Positions 46,701-61,700 of a stretch of 64,000 nt of DNA are shown here, piece by piece (positions within the stretch are counted from its first letter, which is position 1; each line of letters starts with the position of its first letter). The translations under genes and the position numbers were made by a program. The stretch comes from the human T2T-CHM13v2.0 reference genome, Homo sapiens. Below the pieces are notes generated by a model. That model worked only from the letters and a program-made list of their open reading frames with translations. It had not been told where the DNA came from and searched no databases. Where the stretch lies: the NCBI RefSeq assembly GCF_009914755.1, contig NC_060948.1. The stretch is one strand, 5' to 3'.

Positions 46701-49700
46701 TGAATCAACAGGAATGGAAGGGAGTAGAATAGACGGTAATGGAATGGACTCGAATAGAATGGACACGAATGCTCAAATTGAATGGACTCGAATGGAATGG
46801 AAACGAAAGGAATGTCATCGAATGGAATTGAATCGATTGGAATGAAATCGCATAGAATGGAGTGGAATCAAATGGAATTGAATCGAAAGGAAAGGAAGCG
46901 AATGGACTGAAATGAAATGGAATGGAATTGAATGGAAAGTAATGCAATGGAATAGAATGGAACGAAATTTCACGGAATGGAATCAAACTGAATGGAATCA
47001 AATCAATGGAATATAATCAAATGGAATGGAAAGGAATTGAATGGAGTAGATTGGATTGGATGGGATTGGAATGAAATGTACTGGAAAGGACACGAAATTC
47101 ATGAAACGGAATGGAATGAACTGGAACGGAATGGACTCGAATGGAATGGAATGTCATGGAATGGCATCAAATGGAATGGAATCGAATGCGATGGAATGCT
47201 ATGGAATGGAATGGAATGCATTGGAATGGAATGTCCTCTAATGGAATGTATTCGAGTGGAATGGAATCGAATATAATGGAGTCTAATGAAATGGAATTGA
47301 AAGGAATGGGACCGAATACAATGGAATAAACTGGAATGTAATGTAATGAACTCGAATGTAATTGACTGGAATGGAATGTACATGAATGGAATGTAATCGA
47401 ATGGAAAGCAATCCAATGGAATAGAATCTAATGCAATAAAATCGACTCAAATAGAGTAGAATGTAATGGAATGGAGTGCAGTGCAATGGAATGGAATGGA
47501 ATGCAACGGAATGGAATGGAATGGAATGGAATGGGATGGAATGGTATGGAATGGATAGTAATGGACTGGAGTGAAATGGACTGGAAAAGAATGGACTCAA
47601 ATTGAAAGGGCTCGAAAGGAATGGAGTCAAATGGAATGGTCTGGAATGGAATGAACACGAATGTAATGCAATCCAATAGAATGGAATCGAATGGCATGGA
47701 ATATAAAGAAATGGAATCGAAGAGAATGGAAACAAATGGAATGGAATTGAATGGAATGGAATTGAATGGAATGGGAACGAATGGAGTGAAATTGTATGCA
47801 GTAGAAGAGAATAGAATGGAATGCAAGCGAAAGGAAAGGAATGGATTGGAATGGAATGGAATTCATTGGAATGGAAGGGAATGTAGTGTAATGGACAGGC
47901 CTGGAATAAAGTGGAATGCTACGGTCTCGAATGGAATAAAAATGTATGGAATGGAATGCAATGAAACGGAATCGAATGTCATAGAATGTAATGGAATGCA
48001 AAAAAATGGACTCCAAAATCATTGACTGGAAAGGCTGGGTGTCGAAAGGAATTGACTCCAATGGAATGGAATCGAATGGAATGGAAGTGAATAGAATCGA
48101 ACTAAATCGAATGGAATGGAATTGATAGGAACGGAATGGAAAGGAATGCAATGACTTGGCATGGAATGGAATCGAAAGGCATCGAATGGAATGGAATGGA
48201 ATGCAATGGAATGGAATGTATTAGAATGTAATGAACATTAATGGAAAGTACTCGAATGGATTCGACTGGAATGGAATGTTCTGGAAGTGAATGGACTCCA
48301 ATGGAATGGATTCGAAAGGAATGGAATCGAACGGAATGGAATTAAACGGAAATGAATCAAATAGAATAGAACGGAATTGAATTGAATGGAATCGAATGCA
48401 ATGGAATCTAATGAAACGGAAAGGAATGAAATGGAATGGGCTGGAATGGAATGGAATCGAAACGAATGGAATGGAATCGAACTGAAGAGACTGGAATGGA
48501 ATGCACTGGAATGGAAGGGAATGTAATGGAAGGTTCTCGAAAAAAATGGAATCGAAAGGAATGGAATTGAATGGAACGGAATAGAGTCGAATGGAATTGA
48601 ATGGAATGGAATGGACTAGAGTGAAATGGAATCGAACCACAAGGAATGGACAGGAATAGAATGGTCTCGAATTGAATGGAATCGTATGGAATGGCATCAA
48701 ACGGAATGGAATGGACGGCCACGGAATGGAATGCACTCGAATGCAATGGAGTCGAAACTAATGGACTGGAATAGAATGGACTCGACTGGTACGGACTCCA
48801 ATGGAATGGAATCGAATGGAAGGGAATCGAACGGAATGGACTCGAAGGGAAAAGACTGCAATGGAAAGGTCTCGAATGGAATGGAAATTAATGGAATGGA
48901 ATGGAATCGAATGAAATGGAGTCAAAAGGAATGGAATCGAATGGCAAGAAATCGAATGTAATGGAATCGCAAGGAATTGATGTGAACGGAACGGAATGGA
49001 ATGGAATCCAAAGGAATGGAATAGAATGGAATGGAATCGAATGGAAAGGACTCGAATGGAAATCACTCGAATAGAATGCAATTTAATAAAATAGGATCAA
49101 ATGTAATGGAATGGAATGGAAAGGAATCGAAACGAAAGGAATGGAGACAGATGGAATGGAATGGAACAGAGAGCAATGGTATAGAATGGAATGGAATCAT
49201 CTGGAATGGAATTGAATGGAATGGAATAATATGAAATGGAATGGAATGGAATGGAATGCCCTTGAATTAAATGGACTGGAATGGAATGGACTCGAACAGA
49301 GTGGAATGGAAAGTGTTGAAATAGAATGGAATGGACTCGTTTGGAATGGTCTAGTATGCAATGCAATCGACTGGCAGGGAATCAAAAGGAATGTAATCGA
49401 ATGGATTGGACTGGAATGCAATGGACTCGAATAGATTGGAAACGGAAAGCAAAGGAATGGAATGGAATAGTATGGAATGGAATGGAAAGGAATGGAGTGG
49501 AATAGACTAGAGTGGAATGGAATGGACTCGAAAGCAATGGACTGGAATGGAACTTTCTTGAATGGACTGGAATCAAACGGAATGGAATGCAATGCAATCA
49601 AATGGCATGGAATAAAATAGAATGAAAGAGAATCAAATGGAATTGAATCGAATGGAATCGAATGGATTGGAAAGGAATAGAATGGAATGGAATGGAATTG

Positions 49701-52700
49701 ACTCAAATGGAATGGACTAGAATGGAATGGATTCGAATGGAAGGCAAAGGAATGGAATCTATTGGAATGGACTGTAATGGAATGGAATGGAAGGGATTGG
49801 AATGGACTCGAATGGAATGGACTGCAGTAGAAAGGATTCGAATGGAATGAAAAAGAATTGAATGGAATAGAACAGAATGGAATCAAATCGAATGAAATGG
49901 AATGGAATAGAAAGGAATGGAATGAAATGGAATGGAAAGGATTCGAATGGAATGCAATCGAATGGAATGCAATCGAATGGAATGGAATCGAACGGAATGG
50001 AATAAAATGGAAGAAAACTGGCAAGAAATGGAATCGAAATGAATGGAGTGTTACGGAACGGACTCAAAAGGAATTGAATGTAATAGAATGGAGTGGAGTG
50101 GACTCGAATATAATGGACTAGAATGGAATGAAATCACATGGAATGGGAACGAATGGAATGGAATGGAAAGGAATGGAATCGAATGGAAAGGAATCGAATG
50201 GAAGGGAATGAAATTGAATCAACAGGAATGGAAGGGAGTAGAATAGACGGTAATGGAATGGACTCGAATAGAATGGACACGAATGCTCAAATTGAATGGA
50301 CTCGAATGGAATGGCAACGAAAGGAATGTCATCGAATGGAATTGAATCGTTGGAATGAAATCACATAGAATGGAGTGGAATCAAATGGAATTGAATCGAA
50401 AGGAAAGGAAGCGAATGGACTGAAATGAAATGGAATGGAATTGAATGGAAATTAATGCAATGGAATAGAATGGAACGAAATTTCACGGAATGGAATCAAA
50501 CTGAATGGAATCAAATCAATGGAATCAAATCAAATGGAATGGAAAGGAATTGAATGGAGTAGATTGGATTGGATGGGATTGGAATGAAATGTACTGGAAA
50601 GGACTCGAATTTCATGAAACGGAATGGAATGAATTGGAACGGAATGGACTCGAATGGAATGGAATGTCATGGAATGGCATCAAATGGAATGGAATCGAAT
50701 GCAATGGAATGCTATGGAATGGAATGGAATGCATTGGAATGGAATGTCCTCTAATGGAATGTATTCGAGTGGAATGGAATCGAATATAATGGAGTCTATT
50801 GAAATGGAATTGAAAGGAATGGGACCGAATACAATGGAACAAACTGGAATGTAATGTAATGAACTCGAATGTAATTGACTGGAATGGAATGTACATGAAT
50901 GGAATGTAATCGAATGGAAAGCAATCCAATGGAATAGAATCTAATGCAATAAAATCGACTCAAATAGAGTAGAATGTAATGGAATGGAGTGCAGTGCAAT
51001 GGAATGGAATGGAATGCAATGGAATGGAATGGAATGGAATGGAATGGGATGGAATGGTATGGAATGGATAGTAATGGACTGGAGTGAAATGGACTGGAAA
51101 AGAATGGACTCAAATTGAAAGGGCTCGAAAGGAATGGAGTCAAATGGAATGGTCTGGAATGGAATGAACACGAATGTAATGCAATCCAATAGAATGGAAT
51201 CGAATGGCATGGAATATAAAGAAATGGAATCGAAGAGAATGGAAACAAATGGAATGGAATTGAATGGAATGGAATTGAATGGAATGGGAACGAATGGAGT
51301 GAAATTGTATGCAGTAGAAGAGAATAGAATGGAATGCAAGCGAAAGGAAAGGAATGGATTGGAATGGAATGGAATTCATTGGAATGGAAGGGAATGTAGT
51401 GTAATGGACAGGCCTGGAATAAAGTGGAATGCTACGGTCTCGAATGGAATAAAAATGTATGGAATGGAATGCAATGAAACGGAATCGAATGTCATAGAAT
51501 GTAATGGAATGCAAAAAAATGGACTCCAAAATCATTGACTGGAAAGGCTGGGTGTCGAAAGGAATTGACTCCAATGGAATGGAATCGAATGGAATGGAAG
51601 TGAATAGAATCGAACTAAATCGAATGGAATGGAATTGATAGGAACGGAATGGAAAGGAATGCAATGATTTGGCATGGAATGGAATCGAAAGGCATCGAAT
51701 GGAATGGAATGGAATGCAATGGAATGGAATGTATTAGAATGTAATGAACATTAATGGAAAGTACTCGAATGGATTCGACTGGAATGGAATGTTCTGGAAG
51801 TGAATGGACTCCAATGGAATGGATTCGAAAGGAATGGAATCGAACGGAATGGAATTAAACGGAAATGAATCAAATAGAATAGAACGGAATTGAATTGAAT
51901 GGAATCGAATGCAATGGAATCTAATGAAACGGAAAGGAATGGAATGGAATGGGCTGGAATGGAATGGAATCGAAACGAATGGAATGGAATCGAACTGAAG
52001 AGACTGGAATGGAATGCACTGGAATGGAAGGGAATGTAATGGAAGGTTCTCGAAAAAAATGGAATCGAAAGGAATGGAATTGAATGGAACGGAATAGAGT
52101 CGAATGGAATTGAATGGAATGGAATGGACTAGAGTGAAATGGAATCGAACCACAAGGAATGGACAGGAATAGAATGGTCTCGAATTGAATGGAATCGTAT
52201 GGAATGGCATCAAACGGAATGGAATGGACGGCCACGGAATGGAATGCACTCGAATGCAATGGAGTCGAAACTAATGGACTGGAATAGAATGGACTCGACT
52301 GGTACGGACTCCAATGGAATGGAATCGAATGGAAGGGAATCGAACGGAATGGACTCGAAGGGAAAAGACTGCAATGGAAAGGTCTCGAATGGAATGGAAA
52401 TTAATGGAATGGAATGGAATCGAATGAAATGGAGTCAAAAGGAATGGAATCGAATGGCAAGAAATCGAATGTAATGGAATCGCAAGGAATTGATGTGAAC
52501 GGAACGGAATGGAATGGAATCCAAAGGAATGGAATAGAATGGAATGGAATCGAATGGAAAGGACTCGAATGGAAATCACTCGAATAGAATGCAATTTAAT
52601 AAAATAGGATCAAATGTAATGGAATGGAATGGAAAGGAATCGAAACGAAAGGAATGGAGACAGATGGAATGGAATGGAACAGAGAGCAATGGTATAGAAT

Positions 52701-55700
52701 GGAATGGAATCATCTGGAATGGAATTGAATGGAATGGAATAATATGAAATGGAATGGAATGGAATGGAATGCCCTTGAATTAAATGGACTGGAATGGAAT
52801 GGACTCGAACAGAGTGGAATGGAAAGTGTTGAAATAGAATGGAATGGACTCGTTTGGAATGGTCTAGTATGCAATGCAATCGACTGGCAGGGAATCAAAA
52901 GGAATGTAATCGAATGGATTGGACTGGAATGCAATGGACTCGAATAGATTGGAAACGGAAAGCAAAGGAATGGAATGGAATAGTATGGAATGGAATGGAA
53001 AGGAATGGAGTGGAATAGACTAGAGTGGAATGGAATGGACTCGAAAGCAATGGACTGGAATGGAACTTTCTTGAATGGACTGGAATCAAACGGAATGGAA
53101 TGCAATGCAATCAAATGGCATGGAATAAAATAGAATGAAAGAGAATCAAATGGAATTGAATCGAATGGAATCGAATGGATTGGAAAGGAATAGAATGGAA
53201 TGGAATGGAATTGACTCAAATGGAATGGACTAGAATGGAATGGATTGGAATGGAAGGCAAAGGAATGGAATCTATTGGAATGGACTGTAATGGAATGGAA
53301 TGGAAGGGATTGGAATGGACTCGAATGGAATGGACTGCAGTAGAAAGGATTCGAATGGAATGAAAAAGAATTGAATGGAATAGAACAGAATGGAATCAAA
53401 TCGAATGAAATGGAATGGAATAGAAAGGAATGGAATGAAATGGAATGGAAAGGATTCGAATGGAATGCAATCGAATGGAATGAAATCGAATGGAATGGAA
53501 TCGAACGGAATGGAGTAAAATGGAAGAAAACTGGCAAGAAATGGAATCGAAATGAATGGAGTGTTATGGAACGGACTCAAAAGGAATTGAATGTAATAGA
53601 ATGGAGTGGAGTGGACTCGAATATAATGGACTAGAATGGAATGAAATCACATGGAATGGGAACGAATGGAATGGAATGGAAAGGAATGGAATCGAATGGA
53701 AAGGAATCGAATGGAAGGGAATGAAATTGAATCAACAGGAATGGAAGGGAGTAGAATAGACGGTAATGGAATGGACTCGAATAGAATGGACACGAATGCT
53801 CAAATTGAATGGACTCGAATGGAATGGCAACGAAAGGAATGTCATCGAATGGAATTGAATCGATTGGAATGAAATCACATAGAATGGAGTGGAATCAAAT
53901 GGAATTGAATCGAAAGGAAAGGAAGCGAATGGACTGAAATGAAATGGAATGGAATTGAATGGAAATTAATGCAATGGAATAGAATGGAACGAAATTTCAC
54001 GGAATGGAATCAAACTGAATGGAATCAAATCAATGGAATATAATCAAATGGAATGGAAAGGAATTGAATGGAGTAGATTGGATTGGATGGGATTGGAATG
54101 AAATGTACTGGAAAGGACTCGAATTTCATGAAACGGAATGGAATGAATTGGAACGGAATGGACTCGAATGGAATGGAATGTCATGGAATGGCATCAAATG
54201 GAATGGAATCGAATGCGATGGAATGCTATGGAATGGAATGGAATGCATTGGAATGGAATGTCCTCTAATGGAATGTATTCGAGTGGAATGGAATCGAATA
54301 TAATGGAGTCTAATGAAATGGAATTGAAAGGAATGGGACCGAATACAATGGAATATACTGGAATGTAATGTAATGAACTCGAATGTAATTGACTGGAATG
54401 GAATGTACATGAATGGAATGTAATCGAATGGAAAGCAATCCAATGGAATAGAATCTAATGCAATAAAATCGACTCAAATAGAGTAGAATGTACTGGAATG
54501 GAGTACAGTGCAATGGAATGGAATGGAATGGAATGCAATGGAATGGAATGGAATGGAATGGGATGGAATGGTATGGAATGGATAGTAATGGACTGGAGTG
54601 AAATGGACTGGAAAAGAATGGACTCAAATTGAAAGGGCTCGAAAGGAATGGAGTCAAATGGAATGGTCTGGAATGGAATGAACACGAATGTAATGCAATC
54701 CAATAGAATGGAATCGAATGGCATGGAATATAAAGAAATGGAATCGAAGAGAATGGAAACAAATGGAATGGAATTGAATGGAATGGAATTGAATGGAATG
54801 GGAACGAATGGAGTGAAATTGTATGCAGTAGAAGAGAATAGAATGGAATGCAAGCGAAAGGAAAGGAATGGATTGGAATGGAATGGAATTCATTGGAATG
54901 GAAGGGAATGTAGTGTAATGGACAGGCCTGGAATAAAGTGGAATGCTACGGTCTCGAATGGAATAAAAATGTATGGAATGGAATGCAATGAAACGGAATC
55001 GAATGTCATAGAATGTAATGGAATGCAAAAAAATGGACTCCAAAATCATTGACTGGAAAGGCTGGGTGTCGAAAGGAATTGACTCCAATGGAATGGAATC
55101 GAATGGAATGGAAGTGAATAGAATCGAACTAAATCGAATGGAATGGAATTGATAGGAACGGAATGGAAAGGAATGCAATGATTTGGCATGGAATGGAATC
55201 GAATGGCATCGAATGGAATGGAATGGAATGCAATGGAATGGAATGTATTAGAATGTAATGAACTTTAATGGAATGTACTCGAATGGATTCGACTGGAATG
55301 GAATGTTCTGGAAGTGAATGGACTCCAATGGAATGGATTCGAAAGGAATGGAATCTAATGGAATGGAATTAAATGGAAATGAATCAAATTGAATAGAACG
55401 GAATTGAATTGAATGGAATCGAATGCAATGGAATCTAATGAAACGGAAAGGAAAGGAATGGAATGGATTGGAATGGAATGGGCTGGAATGGAATGGAATC
55501 GAAACGAATGGAATGGAATCGAACTGAAGAGACTGGAATGGAATGCACTGGAATGGAAGGGAATGTAATGGAAGGTTCTCGAAAAAAATGGAATCGAAAG
55601 GAATGGAATTGAATGGAACGGAATAGAGTCGAATGGAATTCAATGGAATGGAATGGACTAGAGTGAAATGGAATCGAACCACAAGGAATGGACAGGAATA

Positions 55701-58700
55701 GAATGGTCTCGAATTGAATGGAATCGTATGGAATGGCATCAAACGGAATGGAATGGACAGCCACGGAATGGAATGGACACCCACGGAATGGAATGCACTC
55801 GAATGCAATGGAGTCGACACTAATGGACTGGAATAGAATGGACTCGACTGGTACGGACTCCAATGGAATGGAATCGAATGGAAGGGAATCGAAAGGAATG
55901 GACTCGAAGGGAAAAGACTGCAATGGAAAGGTCTCGAATGGAATGGAAATTAATGGAATGGAATGGAATCGAATGAAATGGAGTCAAAAGGAATGGAATC
56001 GAATGGCAAGAAATCGAATGTAATGGAATCGCAAGGAATTGATGTGAACGGAACGGAATGGAATGGAATCCAAAGGAATGGAATAGAATGGAATGGAATC
56101 GAATGGAAAGGACTCGAATGGAAATCACTCGAATAGAATGCAATTTAATAAAATAGGATCAAATGTAATGGAATGGAACGGAAAGGAATCGAAACGAAAG
56201 GAATGGAGACAGATGGAATGGAATGGAACAGAGAGCAATGGTATAGAATGGAATGGAATCATCTGGAATGGAATTGAATGGAATGGAATAATATGAAATG
56301 GAATGGAATGGAATGGAATGCCCTTGAATTAAATGGACTGGAATGGAATGGACTCGAACAGAGTGGAATGGAAAGTGTTGAAATAGAATGGAATGGACTC
56401 GTTTGGAATGGTCTAGTATGCAATGCAATCGACTGGCAGGGAATCAAAAGGAATGTAATCGAATGGATTGGACTGGAATGCAATGGACTCGAATAGATTG
56501 GAAACGGAAAGCAAAGGAATGGAATGGAATAGTATGGAATGGAATGGAAAGGAATGGAGTGGAATAGACTAGAGTGGAATGGAATGGACTCGAAAGCAAT
56601 GGACTGGAATGGAACTTTCTTGAATGGACTGGAATCAAACGGAATGGAATGCAATGCAATCAAATGGCATGGAATAAAATAGAATGAAAGAGAATCAAAT
56701 GGAATTGAATCGAATGGAATCGAATGGATTGGAAAGGAATAGAATGGAATGGAATGGAATTGACTCAAATGGAATGGACTAGAATGGAATGGATTCGAAT
56801 GGAAGGCAAAGGAATGGAATCTATTGGAATGGACTGTAATGGAATGGAATGGAAGGGATTGGAATGGACTCGAATGGAATGGACTGCAGTAGAAAGGATT
56901 CGAATGGAATGAAAAAGAATTGAATGGAATAGAACAGAATGGAATCAAATCGAATGAAATGGAATGGAATAGAAAGGAATGGAATGAAATGGAATGGAAA
57001 GGATTCGAATGGAATGCAATCGAATGGAATGAAATCGAATGGAATGGAATCGAACGGAATGGAATAAAATGGAAGAAAACTGGCAAGAAATGGAATCGAA
57101 ATGAATGGAGTGTTATGGAACGGACTCAAAAGGAATTGAATGTAATAGAATGGAGTGGAGTGGACTCGAATATAATGGACTAGAATGGAATGAAATCACA
57201 TGGAATGGGAACGAATGGAATGGAATGGAAAGGAATGGAATCGAATGGAAAGGAATCGAATGGAAGGGAATGAAATTGAATCAACAGGAATGGAAGGGAG
57301 TAGAATAGACGGTAATGGAATGGACTCGAATAGAATGGACACGAATGCTCAAATTGAATGGACTCGAATGGAATGGCAACGAAAGGAATGTCATCGAATG
57401 GAATTGAATCGATTGGAATGAAATCACATAGAATGGAGTGGAATCAAATGGAATTGAATCGAAAGGAAAGGAAGCGAATGGACTGAAATGAAATGGAATG
57501 GAATTGAATGGAAATTAATGCAATGGAATAGAATGGAACGAAATTTCACGGAATGGAATCAAACTGAATGGAATCAAATCAATGGAATATAATCAAATGG
57601 AATGGAAAGGAATTGAATGGAGTAGATTGGATTGGATGGGATTGGAATGAAATGTACTGGAAAGGACTCGAATTTCATGAAACGGAATGGAATGAATTGG
57701 AACGGAATGGACTCGAATGGAATGGAATGTCATGGAATGGCATCAAATGGAATGGAATCGAATGCGATGGAATGCTATGGAATGGAATGGAATGCATTGG
57801 AATGGAATGTCCTCTAATGGAATGTATTCGAGTGGAATGGAATCGAATATAATGGAGTCTAATGAAATGGAATTGAAAGGAATGGGACCGAATACAATGG
57901 AATATACTGGAATGTAATGTAATGAACTCGAATGTAATTGACTGGAATGGAATGTACATGAATGGAATGTAATCGAATGGAAAGCAATCCAATGGAATAG
58001 AATCTAATGCAATAAAATCGACTCAAATAGAGTAGAATGTAATGGAATGGAGTACAGTGCAATGGAATGGAATGGAATGGAATGCAATGGAATGGAATGG
58101 AATGGAATGGGATGGAATGGTATGGAATGGATAGTAATGGACTGGAGTGAAATGGACTGGAAAAGAATGGACTCAAATTGAAAGGGCTCGAAAGGAATGG
58201 AGTCAAATGGAATGGTCTGGAATGGAATGAACACGAATGTAATGCAATCCAATAGAATGGAATCGAATGGCATGGAATATAAAGAAATGGAATCGAAGAG
58301 AATGGAAACAAATGGAATGGAATTGAATGGAATGGAATTGAATGGAATGGGAACGAATGGAGTGAAATTGTATGCAGTAGAAGAGAATAGAATGGAATGC
58401 AAGCGAAAGGAAAGGAATGGATTGGAATGGAATGGAATTCATTGGAATGGAAGGGAATGTAGTGTAATGGACAGGCCTGGAATAAAGTGGAATGCTACGG
58501 TCTCGAATGGAATAAAAATGTATGGAATGGAATGCAATGAAACGGAATCGAATGTCATAGAATGTAATGGAATGCAAAAAAATGGACTCCAAAATCATTG
58601 ACTGGAAAGGCTGGGTGTCGAAAGGAATTGACTCCAATGGAATGGAATCGAATGGAATGGAAGTGAATAGAATCGAACTAAATCGAATGGAATGGAATTG

Positions 58701-61700
58701 ATAGGAACGGAATGGAAAGGAATGCAATGATTTGGCATGGAATGGAATCGAATGGCATCGAATGGAATGGAATGGAATGCAATGGAATGGAATGTATTAG
58801 AATGTAATGAACTTTAATGGAATGCACTCGAATGGATTCGACTGGAATGGAATGTTCTGGAAGTGAATGGACTCCAATGGAATGGATTCGAAAGGAATGG
58901 AATCTAATGGAATGGAATTAAATGGAAATGAATCAAATTGAATAGAACGGAATTGAATTGAATGGAATCGAATGCAATGGAATCTAATGAAACGGAAAGG
59001 AAAGGAATGGAATGGATTGGAATGGAATGGGCTGGAATGGAATGGAATCGAAACGAATGGAATGGAATCGAACTGAAGAGACTGGAATGGAATGCACTGG
59101 AATGGAAGGGAATGTAATGGAAGGTTCTCGAAAAAAATGGAATCGAAAGGAATGGAATTGAATGGAACGGAATAGAGTCGAATGGAATTGAATGGAATGG
59201 AATGGACTAGAGTGAAATGGAATCGAACCACAAGGAATGGACAGGAATAGAATGGTCTCGAATTGAATGGAATCGTATGGAATGGCATCAAACGGAATGG
59301 AATGGACAGCCACGGAATGGAATGGACACCCACGGAATGGAATGCACTCGAATGCAATGGAGTCGACACTAATGGACTGGAATAGAATGGACTCGACTGG
59401 TACGGACTCCAATGGAATGGAATCGAATGGAAGGGAATCGAAAGGAATGGACTCGAAGGGAAAAGACTGCAATGGAAAGGTCTCGAATGGAATGGAAATT
59501 AATGGAATGGAATGGAATCAAATGAAATGGAGTCAAAAGGAATGGAATCGAATGGCAAGAAATCAAATGTAATGGAATCGCAAGGAATTGATGTGAACGG
59601 AACGGAATGGAATGGAATCCAAAGGAATGGAATAGAATGGAATGGAATCGAATGGAAAGGACTCGAATGGAAATCACTCGAATAGAATGCAATTTAATAA
59701 AATAGGATCAAATGTAATGGAATGGAACGGAAAGGAATCGAAACGAAAGGAATGGAGACAGATGGAATGGAATGGAACAGAGAGCAATGGTATAGAATGG
59801 AATGGAATCATCTGGAATGGAATTGAATGGAATGGAATAATATGAAATGGAATGGAATGGAATGGAATGCCCTTGAATTAAATGGACTGGAATGGAATGG
59901 ACTCGAACAGAGTGGAATGGAAAGTGTTGAAATAGAATGGAATGGACTCGTTTGGAATGGTCTAGTATGCAATGCAATCGACTGGCAGGGAATCAAAAGG
60001 AATGTAATCGAATGGATTGGACTGGAATGCAATGGACTCGAATAGATTGGAAACGGAAAGCAAAGGAATGGAATGGAATAGTATGGAATGGAATGGAAAG
60101 GAATGGAGTGGAATAGACTAGAGTGGAATGGAATGGACTGGAAAGCAATGGACTGGAATGGAACTTTCTTGAATGGACTGGAATCAAACGGAATGGAATG
60201 CAATGCAATCAAATGGCATGGAATAAAATAGAATGAAAGAGAATCAAATGGAATTGAATCGAATGGAATCGAATGGATTGGAAAGGAATAGAATGGAATG
60301 GAATGGAATTGACTCAAATGGAATGGACTAGAATGGAATGGATTCGAATGGAAGGCAAAGGAATGGAATCTATTGGAATGGACTGTAATGGAATGGAATG
60401 GAAGGGATTGGAATGGACTCGAATGGAATGGACTGCAGTAGAAAGGATTCGAATGGAATGAAAAAGAATTGAATGGAATAGAACAGAATGGAATCAAATC
60501 GAATGAAATGGAATGGAATAGAAAGGAATGGAATGAAATGGAATGCAAAGGATTCGAATGGAATGCAATCGAATGGAATGGAATCGAACGGAATGGAATA
60601 AAATGGAAGAAAACTGGCAAGAAATGGAATCGAAATGAATGGAGTGTTATGGAACGGACTCAAAAGGAATTGAATGTAATAGAATGGAGTGGAGTGGACT
60701 CGAATATAATGGACTGGAATGGAATGAAATCACATGGAATGGGAACGAATGGAATGGAATGGAAAGGAATGGAATCGAATGGAAAGGAATCGAATGGAAG
60801 GGAATGAAATTGAATCAACAGGAATGGAAGGGAATAGAATAGACGGTAATGGAATGGACTCGAATAGAATGGACACGAATGCTCAAATTGAATGGACTCG
60901 AATGGAATGGAAACGAAAGGAATGTCATCGAATGGAATTGAATCGATTGGAATGAAATTGCATAGAATGGAGTGGAATCAAATGGAATTGAATCGAAAGG
61001 AAAGGAAGCGAATGGACTGAAATGAAATGGAATGGAATTGAATGGAAAGTAATGCAATGGAATAGAATGGAACGAAATTTCACGGAATGGAATGAAACTG
61101 AATGGAATCAAATCAATGGAATCTAATCAAGTGGAATGGAAAGGAATTGAATGGAGTAGATTGGATTGGATGGGATTGGAATGAAATGTACTGGAAAGGA
61201 CTCGAGTTTCATGAAACGGAATGGAATGAATTGGAACGGAATGGACTCGAATGGAATGCAATGTCATGGAATGGCATCAAATGGAATGGCATCAAATGGA
61301 ATGGAATCGAATGCAATGGAATGCTATGGAATGGAATGGAATGCATTGGAATGGAATGTCCTCTAATGGAATGGATTCGAGTGGAATGGAATCGAATATA
61401 ATGGAGTCGAATGAAATGGAATTGAAAGGAATGGGATCGAATACAATGGAATATACTGGAATGTAATGTAATGAACTCGAATGTAATTGACTGGAATGGA
61501 ATGTACATGAATGGAATGTAATCGAATGGAAAGTAATCCAATGGAATAGAATCTAATGCAATAAAATCGACTCAGATAGAGTAGAATGTAATGGAATGGA
61601 GTGCAGTGCAATGGAATGGAATGGAATGGAATGCAATGGAATGGAATGGAATGGAAAGGAATGGAATGGATTGGGATGGAATGGTATGGAATGGATAGTA

